Shown: piece after piece, positions 11,110 to 23,000 of the stretch
How positions within the stretch are numbered: the stretch's first letter is position 1
Layout: each line of letters starts with the position of its first letter
NCBI RefSeq assembly: GCF_039654945.1
Contig: NW_027361813.1
Coordinates: forward strand, 1,488,001 to 1,552,000
Origin: Dendrobates tinctorius
Taxonomy: Eukaryota
DNA: 64,000 bases
Direction: 5' to 3'
Made by a program: the position numbers and the translations under genes
Notes under the pieces: model-generated
Seen by the model: only the letters and a program-made list of their open reading frames with translations
What the model was told of the DNA's origin: nothing
The model's database searches: none

Positions 11110-14100
11110 TGCTAATACCGGGGGCTCCGTTACTGCAGTGTGTGCGGCGTGGGCCCCGGGGTCTCCGTTACTGCAGTGTGTGCGGCGTGGGCCCCGGGGT
11201 CTCCGTTACTGCAGTGTGTGCGGCGTGGACTCCGGGGGCTCCGTTACTGCAGTGTGTGCGGCGTGGGCCCCGGGGTCTCCGTTACTGCAGTGTGTGCGGC
11301 GTGTGCTAATACCGGGGGCTCCGTTACTGCAGTGTGTGCGGCGTGGGCCCCGGGGTCTCCGTTACTGCAGTGTGTGGGGCGTGGGCTCCGGGGGCTCCGT
11401 TACTGCAGTGTGTGCGGCGGGGGCTCCGGGGTCTCCGTTACTGCAGTGTGTGCGGCGGGGGCTCCGGGGTCTCCGTTACTGCAGTGTGTGCGGCGTGGGC
11501 CCCGGGTTCTCCGTTACTGCAGTGTGTGCGGCGGGGGCTCCGGGGGCTCCGTTACTGCAGTGTGAGCTGCGTGGGCCCCGGGGGCTCCGTTACTGCAGTG
11601 TGTGCGGCGTGGGCTCCGGGGTCTCCGTTACTGCAGTGTGTGCGGCGTGGGCCCCGGGTTCTCCGTTACTGCAGTGTGTGCGGCGGGGGCTCCGGGGGCT
11701 CCGTTACTGCAGTGTGTGCGGCGTGGGCCCCGGGGGCTCCGTTACTGCAGTGTGAGCTGCGTGGGCTCCGGGGTCTCCGTTACTGCAGTGTGTGCGGCGT
11801 GGGCCCCGGGTTCTCCGTTACTGCAGTGTGTGCGGCGGGGGCTCCGGGGGCTCCGTTACTGCAGTGTGTGCGGCGTGGGCCCCGGGGGCTCCGTTACTGC
11901 AGTGTGTGCGGCGGGGGCTCCGGGGTCTCCGTTACTGCAGTGTGTGCGGCGGGGGCTCCGGGGTCTCCGTTACTGCAGTGTGTGCGGCGGGGGCTCCGGG
12001 GTCTCCGTTACTGCAGTGTGTGCGGCGTGGGCCCCGGGTTCTCCGTTACTGCAGTGTGTGGGGCGTGGGCCCCGGGGTCTCCGTTACTGCAGTGTGTGCG
12101 GCGTGGACTCCGGGGGCTCCGTTACTGCAGTGTGTGCGGCGTGGGCCCCGGGGTCTCCGTTACTGCAGTGTGTGCGGCGTGTGCTAATACCGGGGGCTCC
12201 GTTACTGCAGTGTGTGCGGCGTGGGCCCCGGGGTCTCCGTTACTGCAGTGTGTGGGGCGTGGGCTCCGGGGTCTCCGTTACTGCAGTGTGTGCGGCGGGG
12301 GCTCCGGGGTCTCCGTTACTGCAGTGTGTGCGGCGGGGGCTCCGGGGTCTCCGTTACTGCAGTGTGTGCGGCGTGGGCCCCGGGTTCTCCGTTACTGCAG
12401 TGTGTGCGGCGGGGGCTCCGGGGTCTCCGTTACTGCAGTGTGTGCGGCGTGGGCCCCGGGGGCTCCGTTACTGCAGTGTGTGCGGCGGGGGCTCCGGGGG
12501 CTCCGTTACTGCAGTGTGTGCGGCGGGGGCTCCGGGGTCTCCGTTACTGCAGTGTGTGCGGCGGGGGCTCCGGGGTCTCCGTTACTGCAGTGTGTGCGGC
12601 GTGGGCCCCGGGTTCTCCGTTACTGCAGTGTGTGCGGCGGGGGCTCCGGGGTCTCCGTTACTGCAGTGTGTGCGGCGTGGGCCCCGGGGTCTCCGTTACT
12701 GCAGTGTGTGCGGCGGGGGCTCCGGGGGCTCCGTTACTGCAGTGTGTGCGGCGTGGGCCCCGGGGTCTCCGTTACTGCAGTGTGTGCGGCGTGGGCCCCG
12801 GGGTCTCCGTTACTGCAGTGTGTGCGGCGTGGGCCCCGGGGTCTCCGTTACTGCAGTGTGTGCGGCGTGGGCCCCGGGGTCTCCGTTACTGCAGTGTGTG
12901 CGGCGGGGGCCCCGGGTTCTCCGTTACTGCAGTGTGTGCGGCGTGGGCTCCGTTACTGCAGTGTGTGGGGCGTGGGCCCCGGGGTCTCCGTTACTGCAGT
13001 GTGTGCGGCGTGGGCCCCGGGGGCTCCGTTACTGCAGTGTGTGCGGCGTGGGCCCCGGGGGCTCCGTTACTGCAGTGTGTGGGGCGTGGGCTCCGGGGTC
13101 TCCATTACTGCAGTGTGTGCGGCGGGGGCCCCGGGTTCTCCGTTACTGCAGTGTGTGCGGCGTGGGCTCCGGGGTCTCCGTTACTGCAGTGTGTGCGGCG
13201 TGGGCCCCGGGGGCTCCGTTACTGCAGTGTGTGCGGCGTGGGCTCCGGGGTCTCCGTTACTGCAGTGTGTGCGGCGTGGGCTCCGGGGGCTCCGTTACTG
13301 CAGTGTGTGCGGCGTGGGCTCCGGGGGCTCCGTTACTGCAGTGTGTGCGGCGTGGGCTCCGGGGGCTCCGTTACTGTAGTGTGTGCGGCGGGGGCCCCGG
13401 GTTCTCCGTTACTGCAGTGTGTGCGGCGTGGGCCCCGGGTTCTCCGTTACTGCAGTGTGTGCGGCGTGGGCTCCGGGGTCTCCGTTACTGCAGTGTGTGC
13501 GGCGTGGGCTCCGGGGGCTCCGTTACTGCAGTGTGTGCGGCGTGGGCCCCGGGGGCTCCGTTACTGCAGTGTGTGCGGCGTGGGCCCCGGGGTCTCCGTT
13601 ACTGCAGTGTGTGCGGCGTGGGCCCCGGGGTCTCCGTTACTGCAGTGTGTGCGGCGTGGGCCCCGGGGTCTCCGTTACTGTAGTGTGTGCGGCGTGGGCT
13701 CCGGGGGCTCCGTTACTGCAGTGTGTGCGGCGTGGGCTCCGGGGGCTCCGTTACTGCAGTGTGTGCGGCGTGGGCTCCGGGGGCTCCGTTACTGCAGTGT
13801 GTGCGGCGTGGGCCCCGGGGTCTCCGTTACTGCAGTGTGTGCGGCGTGTGCTCCGGGGGCTCCGTTACTGTAGTGTGTGCGGCGTGGGCTCCGGGGGCTC
13901 CGTTACTGCAGTGTGTGCGGCGTGGGCTCCGGGGGCTCCGTTACTGCAGTGTGTGCGGCGGGGGCCCCGGGTTCTCCGTTACTGCAGTGTGTGCGGCGTG
14001 GGCCCCGGGGTCTCCGTTACTGTAGTGTGTGCGGCGTGGGCCCCGGGGGCTCCGTTACTGCAGTGTGTGCGGCGTGGGCTCCGGGGGCTCCGTTACTGCA

Positions 14101-17100
14101 GTGTGTGCGGCGTGGGCTCCGGGGGCTCCGTTACTGCAGTGTGTGCGGCGTGTGCTCCGGGGGCTCCGTTACTGCAGTGTGTGCGGCGTGGGCTCCGGGG
14201 GCTCCGTTACTGCAGTGTGTGCGGCGTGGGCTCCGGGGGCTCCGTTACTGCAGTGTGTGCGGCGTGGGCTCCGGGGGCTCCGTTACTGCAGTGTGTGCGG
14301 CGGGGGCCCCGGGTTCTCCGTTACTGCAGTGTGTGCGGCGTGGGCCCCGGGGTCTCCGTTACTGTAGTGTGTGCGGCGTGGGCCCCGGGGGCTCCGTTAC
14401 TGCAGTGTGTGCGGCGTGGGCTCCGGGGGCTCCGTTACTGCAGTGTGTGCGGCGTGGGCCCCGGGGGCTCCGTTACTGCAGTGTGTGCGGCGTGTGCTCC
14501 GGGGGCTCCGTTACTGCAGTGTGTGCGGCGTGGGCCCCGGGGGCTCCGTTACTGCAGTGTGTGCGGCGTGTGCTCCGGGGGCTCCGTTACTGCAGTGTGT
14601 GCGGCGTGGGCTCCGGGGGCTCCGTTACTGCAGTGTGTGCGGCGTGGGCCCCGGGGTCTCCGTTACTGCAGTGTGAGCGGCGTGGGCTCCGGGGGCTCCG
14701 TTACTGCAGTGTGTGCGGCGGGGGCCCCGGGGTCTCCGTTACTGCAGTGTGTGCGGCGTGGGCTCCGGGGTCTCCGTTACTGCAGTGTGTGGGGCGTGGG
14801 CTCCGGGGGCTCCGTTACTGCAGTGTGTGGGGCGTGGGCCCCGGGGTCCCCGTTACTGCAGTGTGTGGGGCGTGGGCCCCGGGGTCCCCGTTACTGCAGT
14901 GTGTGGGGCGTGGGCCCCGGGGTCTCCGTTACTGCAGTGTGTGGGGCGTGGGCTCCGGGGTCTCCGTTACTGCAGTGTGTACGGCGTGGGCTCCGGGGTC
15001 TCCGTTACTGCAGTGTGTGCGGCGTGGGCTCCGGGGTCTCCGTTACTGCAGTGTGTGCGGCGTGGGCTCCGGGGTCTCCGTTACTGCAGTGTGTGCGGCG
15101 TGGGCCCCGGGGTCTCCGTTACTGCAGTGTGTGCGGCGTGGGCCCCGGGGGCTCCGTTACTGTAGTGTGCGCGGCGTGGGCTCCGGGGTCTCCGTTACTG
15201 CAGTGTGTGGGGCGTGGGCCCCGGGGGGCTCCGTTACTGCAGTGTGTGCGGCGGGGTCTCCGTTACTGCAGTGTGTGCGGCGTGGGCTCCGGGGGCTCCG
15301 TTACTGCAGTGTGTGCGGCGTGGGCCCCGGGGTCTCCGTTACTGCAGTGTGTGCGGCGTGGGCCCCGTGGGCTCCGTTACTGCAGTGTGTGCGGCGTGGG
15401 CCCCGGGGGCTCCGTTACTGCAGTGTGTGCGGCGTGGGCCCCGGGGGCTCCGTTACTGCAGTGTGTGCGGCGTGGGCCCCGGGGGCTCCGTTACTGCAGT
15501 GTGTGCGGCGGGGGCTCCGGGGGCTCCGTTACTGCAGTGTGTGCGGCGGGGGCTCCGGGGGCTCCGTTACTGCAGTGTGTGCGGCGTGGGCCCCGGGGGC
15601 TCCGTTACTGCAGTGTGTGCGGCGTGGGCCCCGGGGGCTCCGTTACTGCAGTGTGTGCGGCGTGGGCCCCGGGGTCTCCGTTACTGCAGTGTGTGCGGCG
15701 GGGGCTCCGGGGTCTCCGTTACTGCAGTGTGTGCGGCGTGGGCCCCGGGGTCTCCGTTACTGCAGTGTGTGCGGCGTGGGCCCCGGGGTCTCCGTTACTG
15801 CAGTGTGTGCGGCGTGGGCCCCGGGGTCTCCGTTACTGCAGTGTGTGCGGCGGGGGCTCCGGGGTCTCCGTTACTGCAGTGTGTGCGGCGGGGGCTCCGG
15901 GGTCTCCGTTACTGCAGTGTGTGCGGCGTGGGCCCCGGGGGCTCCGTTACTGCAGTGTGTGCGGCGTGGGCCCCGGGGGCTCCGTTACTGCAGTGTGTGC
16001 GGCGTGGGCCCCGGGGGCTCCGTTACTGCAGTGTGTGCGGCGGGGGCTCCGGGGGCTCCGTTACTGCAGTGTGTGCGGCGGGGGCTCCGGGGGCTCCGTT
16101 ACTGCAGTGTGTGCGGCGTGGGCCCCGGGGGCTCCGTTACTGCAGTGTGTGCGGCGTGGGCCCCGGGGGCTCCGTTATTGCAGTGTGTGCGGCGTGGGCC
16201 CCGGGGGCTCCGTTACTGCAGTGTGTGCGGCGTGGGCTCCGGGGTCTCCGTTACTGCAGTGTGTGCGGCGGGGGCTCCGGGGTCTCCGTTACTGCAGTGT
16301 GTGCGGCGTGGGCTCCGGGGTCTCCGTTACTGCAGTGTGTGCGGCGGGGGCCCCGGGGTCTCCGTTACTGCTGTGTGTGGGGCGGGGTCTCCGTTACTGC
16401 AGTGTGTGGGGCGGGGTCTCCGTTACTGCAGTGTGTGCTGCGGGGGCCCCGGGGTCTCCGTTACTGCAGTGTGTGCGGCGTGGGCCCCGGGGGCTCCGTT
16501 ACTGCAGTGTGTGCGGCGGGGGATCCGGGGTCTCCGTTACTGTAGTGTGTACGGCGTGGGCTCCGGGGGCTCCGTTACTGCAGTGTGTGCGGTGGGGGAT
16601 CCGGGGTCTCCGTTACTGCAGTGTGTGCGGCGGGGTCTCCGTTACTGCTGTGTGTGCGGCGGGGGCCCTCGGGGCTCCGTTACTGCAGTGTGTGCGGCGG
16701 GGGCCCCGGGGGCTCCGTTACTGCAGTGTGTGCGGCGGGGTCTCCGTTACTGCAGTGTGTGCGGCGTGGGCTCCGGGGTCTCTGTTACTGCAGTGTGTGC
16801 GGCGTGGGCCCCGGGGTCTCCGTTACTGCAGTGTGTACGGCGTGGGCCCCGGGGTCTCCGTTACTGCAGTGTGTGCGGCGTGGGCCCCGGGGTCTCCGTT
16901 ACTGCAGTGTGTGCGGCGTGGGCCCCGGGGTCTCCGTTACTGCAGTGTGTGCGGAGTGGGCCCAGGGGTCTCCGTTACTGCAGTGTGTGCGGAGTGGGCT
17001 CCGGGGTCTCCGTTACTGCAGTGTGTGCGGCGGGGGCCCTCGGGGCTCCGTTACTGCAGTGTGTGCGGCGTGGGCCCCGGGGTCTCCGTTACTGCGGCGG

Positions 17101-20022
17101 GGGCCCTCGGGGCTCCGTTACTGCAGTGTGTACGGCGTGGGCTCCGGGGGCTCCGTTACTGCAGTGTGTGTACGGCGTGGGCCCCGGGGTCTCCGTTACT
17201 GCAGTGTGTGCGGCGGGGGCTCCGGGGTCTCCGTTACTGCAGTGTGTGCGGCGGGGGCTCCGGGGTCTCCGTTACTGCAGTGTGTGCGGCGGGGTCTCCG
17301 TTACTGCAGTGTGTGCGGCGGGGTCTCCGTTACTGCAGTGTGTGCGGTGGGGGATCCGGGGGCTCCGTTACTGCAGTGTGTGCGGCGGGGTCTCCGTTAC
17401 TGCAGTGTGCGCGGCGGGGGCCCCGGGGTCTCCGTTACTGCAGTGTGTGCGGCGTGGGCCCCGGGGTCTCCGTTACTGCAGTGTGTGCGGCGTGGGCCCC
17501 GGGGTCTCCGTTACTGCAGTGTGTACGGCGTGGGCCCCGGGGTCTCCGTTACTGCAGTGTGTGCGGCGTGGGCCCCGGGGTCTCCGTTACTGCAGTGTGT
17601 ACGGCGTGGGCCCCGGGGTCTCCGTTACTGCAGTGTGTACGGCGTGGGCCCCGGGGGCTCCGTTACTGCAGTGTGTGCGGCGTGGGCTTCGGGGGCTCCG
17701 TTACTGCAGTGTGTGCGGCGGGGGCCCCGGGGTCTCCGTTACTGCAGTGTGGGCGGCGGGGGCTCCGTTACTGCAGTGTGTGTGGCGGGGTCTCCGTTAC
17801 TGCAGTGTGTGCGGCGTGGGCCCCGGGGTCTCCGTTACTGCAGTGTGTGCGGCGTGGGCTCCGGGGTCTCCGTTACTGCAGTGTGTGCGGCGTGGGCCCC
17901 GGGGTCTCCGTTACTGCAGTGTGTGTGGCGTGGGCCCCGGGGTCTCCGTTACTGCAGTGTGTGCGGCGTGGGCCCCGGGGTCTCCGTTACTGCAGTGTGT
18001 GCGGCGTGGTCTCCGTTACTGCAGTGTGTGCGGCGGGGGCTCCGGGGTCTCCGTTACTGCAGTGTGTGCGGCGGGGGCTCCGTTACTGCAGTGTGTGCGG
18101 CGGGGCCCCGGGGTCTCCGTTACTGCAGTGTGTGCGGCGTGGGCCCCGGGGGCTCCGTTGCTGCAGTGTGTGGCGTGGGCCCCGGGGGCTCCGTTACTGC
18201 AGTGTGTGCGGCGTGGGCTCCGGGGTCTCCGTTACTGCAGTGTGTGCGGCGGGGGCTCCGTTACTGCAGTGTGTGCGGCGGGGGCTCCGTTACTGCAGTG
18301 TGTGCGGCGGGGGCTCCGTTACTGCAGTGTGTGCGGCGTGGTCCCCGGGGTCTCCGTTACTGCAGTGTGTGCGGCGGGGTCTCCGTTACTGCAGTGTGTG
18401 CGGCGTGGGCCCCGGGGGCTCCGTTACTGCAGTGTGTGCGGCGTGGGCCCCGGGGGCTCCGTTACTGCAGTGTGTGCGGCGTGGGCCCCGGGGGCTCCGT
18501 TACTGCAGTGTGTGCGGCGTGGGCCCCGGGGGCTCCGTTACTGCAGTGTGTGCGGCGTGGGCCCCGGGGTCTCCGTTACTGCAGTGTGTGCGGCGTGGGC
18601 TCCGTGGTCTCCGTTACTGCAGTTTGTGCGGCGTGGGCTCCGGGGGCTCTGTTACTGCAGTGTGTACGGCGTGGGCTCCGGGGTCTCCGTTACTGCAGTG
18701 TGTGCGGCGTGGGCTCCGGGGGCTCCGTTACTGCAGTGTGTGCGGCGTGGGCTCCGGGGGCTCCGTTACTGCAGTGTGTGTGCGGCGGGGGCCCTCGGGG
18801 CTCCGTTACTGCAGTGTGTGCGGCGTGGGCTCCGGGGTCTCCGTTACTGCAGTGTGTGCGGCGTGGGCTCCGGGGTCTCCGTTACTGCAGTGTGTGCGGC
18901 GGGGGCTCCGTTACTGCAGTGTGTGCGGCGGGGGCTCCGGGGGCTCCGTTACTGCAGTGTGTGCGGCGGGGGCTCCGGGGGCTCCGTTACTGCAGTGTGT
19001 GCGGCGGGGGCTCCGTTACTGCAGTGTGTGCGGCGTGAGCCCTGGGGGCTCCGTTACTGCAGTGTGGGCTACAGGGGCTCCGTTACTGCAGTGTGTGCGG
19101 CGTGGGCTCCGGGGTCTCCGTTACTGCAGTGTGTGCGGCGGGGGCTCCGGGGGCTCCGTTACTGCAGTGTGTGCGGCGTGGGCTCCGGGGTCTCCGTTAC
19201 TGCAGTGTGTGCGGCGGGGGCTCCGGGGTCTCCGTTACTGCAGTGTGTGCGGCGGGGGCTCCGGGGTCTCCGTTACTGCAGTGTGTGCGGCGGGGGCCCC
19301 GGCGTCTCCGATACTGCAGTGTGTGCGGCGGGGGCTCCGTTACTGCAGTGTGTGCGGCGTGAGCCCTGGGGGCTCCGTTACTGCAGTGTGGGCTCCAGGG
19401 GCTCCGTTACTGCAGTGTGTGCGGCGTGGGCTCCGGGGTCTCCGTTACTGCAGTGTGTGCGGCGTGGGCCCCGGGGTCTCCGTTACTGCAGTGCGTGCGG
19501 CGTGGGCTCCGGGGTCTCCGTTACTGCAGTGTGTGCGGCGGGGGCCCCGGGGTCTCCGTTACTGCAGTGTGTGCGGCGGGGTCTCCGTTACTGCAGTGTG
19601 TGCGGCGGGGTCTCCGTTACTGCAGTGTGTGCGGCGGGGTCTCCGTTACTGCAGTGTGTGCGGCGGGGTCTCCGTTACTGCAGTGTGTGCGGCGGGGTCT
19701 CCGTTACTGCAGTGTGTGCGGCGGGGGCCCTCGGGGCTCCGTTACTGTAGTGTGTGCGGCGTGGGCTCCGGGGTCTCAGTTACTGCATTGTGTGCGGCGG
19801 GGGCTCCGGGGTCTCCGTTACTGCAGTGTGTGCGGCGGGGGCCCCTGGGTCTCCGTTACTGCAGTGTGTGCGGCGGGGGCCCCGGGGTCTCCGTTACTGC
19901 AGTGTGTGCGGCGGGGGCCCCGGGGTCTCCGTTACTGCAGTGTGTGCGGCGGGGTCTCCGTTACTGCAGTGTGTGCGGCGGGGGCCCCGGGGGCTCCGTT
20001 ACTGCCGTGTGTGCGGCGTGGG
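11110..20022. repeat. 8.9-kb 38-bp minisatellite (CTCCGTTACTGCAGTGTGTGCGGCGTGGGCCCCGGGGT)n filling RUSF1 intron 1
   Basis: About 240 units with interspersed variants. 28-bp deletion variants increase towards the 3' end. Confidence 0.98.
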
Positions 20023-20094
20023 CAACGGTGACGCCTGCAGCCCTGGCCGCAATGTGGTACCAGCTGCTCTTCCTCTTCTTTATGGCAGGCTGTG

Positions 20095-23000
20095 ATGTTA
20101 TCCAATGGGGCGACCATTGTGTGCACGGAGCGCTATGGATCAGGTGAAGTTGTCAAGTACAGGGGATATGATGGCGGAATCATGAAGAGCGAACGACCAC
20201 CTCCGAGCAGCCGCTGTGGCCTCCTGAGGGACTGCTTCACTGTAAGTCTCCATACTGGGCTGTGTCTCCTGTTACTGAGCTCTGGTGCCACCACGTGCTC
20301 TCTAGGTTCTGCCTTCATCATGTGGGATGGATCTGTGGGGGGATTACAGAGGGACAGGGCTGGTTGGGGATTACAGAGGAAGGGGGATTAAAGAATGATA
20401 GATGGGACTAAGAGTTTCAGAGAGAAATAATGTATTCATTGGTAGAGTCGACATGGTCCAGTCACAAACCAGCAATTAGAATATTAACGTGTGAGGCCGG
20501 TCTAGAAATCTGATCTCCAGGTTAAGTCTATAAATTAGGCCTATATACAAAGAAAGATTTTCACATGTGAGGGCAGCCTGGACTGCTGGTGTGAGCCCTT
20601 CCATAGTCCTCCCTCTCAGTGAGCAAAACACCAGACTGCAAAGTTCGATGTTTCTGTAAGTCTCGCCCTTTTATTTTATAACTGTTTTGCATATTTGTGT
20701 GTCACTTTATATTTCCATATTTTATATCCTTTTATTGTAAGCACTGTACCTTCTCTAGTAAAGCTTAAAACTTTAATGAGTTTGAACCTTGTAGGCTCTA
20801 AAGGATCCATAGCCTTAGATCGTGTGCTCCTGGCGATTGGCATATATAGTAGTAGTACTTCCCGGACTCATCGCCCGTGTGTTCGGTGAGTGGTGGCAGC
20901 GTGTGTGAGTGGGGTGTGTGGTCTGTGTCGGGGTGTGATTTATGCCCCCACTGCAGCATAGAACAGAGGTCGTATGCTGGACTGAGTGAGAGGAGATAGA
21001 TTAACCCTTGAAGGCGCAACGCCAAATCACGTGCTGAGAAGCGGGTACATGACAAATTGGTGGCAGCGGTGGGATAACTAAGATGAGCCCCCTGCGATTG
21101 TGATATCCGTGTGCTGCTTTTCCTGACACATACCTATACATAGTTCGCTACAGTGACCATAGGCGAGGGTGGAGGATGATAGCGGTAAAGGGTTGTGGGT
21201 GAGTCTTTTAGAGGATGGGTCCATAGGGGGATATAATAGAGGGATTGGGCCCATAGGGGAGAGCTGTCCATATCATCCCCAAGCTCCTCCGTGTGTCAGA
21301 TGCAGCAGAGCCGCCCATAGCATCCCCGAGATCCACCGTGTGAGACTTAGGCGGAGCTGCATGGAAGAGGTGCTGCAGTGGGCAAGGCTTAACGGTGCAA
21401 GTACGCAGCCCTCCACAGCTCTGCCCAACGTGTGAAACCAGCGTAAGTTGGCATACCAGTCCCTGCTGCACTCTGATGCAGGTCATGCCTGCTGCACTCT
21501 GATGCAGGTCATGCCTGCCGCTCCCTCCAGTCTGTCCTCTGGGTCCAGCTGCTGAGCGTCCGTTGGTCTGTCCTGGAGTGGCACCTGGCGTGCATCAGGA
21601 GCCAAGTCTATCCTCACCATGAACAGTCCGGTGCTCGCTTAGTCACGCCGCTCCAGGCTCTCCGCGGGCCGTGGCACAGTGGTTCCACAAACCACGTCCG
21701 TGACAATCATACAGTGGGGAAAATGAGTCCTTGCTTCGCTGCCGATCCCACCTACACTTCTGGCTCTCGCTGACCTCCTCTGCACTCATTACTAATTGCA
21801 CCTGTTTGTGTTACACTGTATATGAGGGGTCACGTGACTGCCGCCTCTTCTCTTCCAGAGTCTGTTCCTCCCTCATGGCTTTCCAGACAGTGTCAGTGAA
21901 GACTACTTGGAGTATCAGCTCTGGGACACATTGCAGGTGATTGACAACATCCAGGGGTGGCCGGTGTGAGTCCCAGGCGTCTTGGGGTCGAGATGCAGGC
22001 TGAGGGCTCCAGCGTGTCCGTACGACGCTTCCACTTCCTGACTTCCCACACTTTGACTTCCAGGCCTTCTCCAGCAGTGTCACCGGCTCTTTGGCCACTC
22101 ATGCTCTTCTCCGTGGATCGGGCGTTGGTGACAGCACTGCCACAGTGACAGCCGCCACCATTACCTGGATTCTCCGAGGTGCAGCTCGTCTTCCTTCCTC
22201 TGGCGTGTTCTTGTAATCCTGACTTCTGATTGGTTGTCTTCTCGTTGTGTAGATGGCACCGGGATGATCGGCCGCATCCTGTTCGCCTGGATGAAGGGGT
22301 AGGAGACATAAGCAGAGCGCGAGTTGTAGCACCGAAGGGAGATCTGTAAGTGCTTGTCTATTACAGGAGCCGCCTGGACTGTGACGCCAAGCGATGGCGG
22401 TAAGAGCGCCTGTGTCTGGTCCGTCTCCGTGCGGAGCCTCCTGACATCCCTCTACACCTAATGACGTGGTGGCTGCTCCGTGCGGAGCCTCGTGGGCCCC
22501 GGGCCCTGCTCAATTCTCTTTGCTGAATTTTTCAGACTTTTTGCCGACCTGTTAAATGACCTGGCGATCTTTATGGAGATCTTGGCTCCGGTCTTCCCAG
22601 CATTATTCACTCTTACTGTGTGCACGGCCGGAGTATGTAAGGTACGCCCCCTATAGGTGCTGTCTTTTCCTGTCTTCCCAGCATTATTCACTCTTACTGT
22701 GTGCACGGCCGGAGTATGTAAGGTACGCCCCCTATAGGTGCTGTCCTGTCCTCCCAGCATGCTTCACTCTCCTGTATGCATGGCTGGAGTAGGTAAGGTA
22801 AGCCCCCTATAGGTGCTGTCCTGTCCTCCCAGCATGCTTCACTCTCCTGTATGCACGGCCGGAGTAGGTAAGGTACGCCCCCTATAGGTGCTGTCTTTTC
22901 CTGTCCTCCCAGCATGCTTCACTCTCCTATGTGCACGGCCAGAGTAGGTAAGGTATGCCCCCTATAGGTGCTGTCCTATCCTGTCCTCCCAGCATGCTTC

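Noticed and set aside
11075-20147. Very long ORFs (up to 2254 aa) in all three plus frames
   Set aside because: They are translations of a stop-free 38-bp repeat cycling through frames, inside the probable RUSF1 intron 1, with no domain content.
21058-21075. tRNA gene
   Set aside because: Only the 18-nt complement of a tRNA-Leu 3' end including CCA is present, which makes it a retroelement PBS; there is no cloverleaf.
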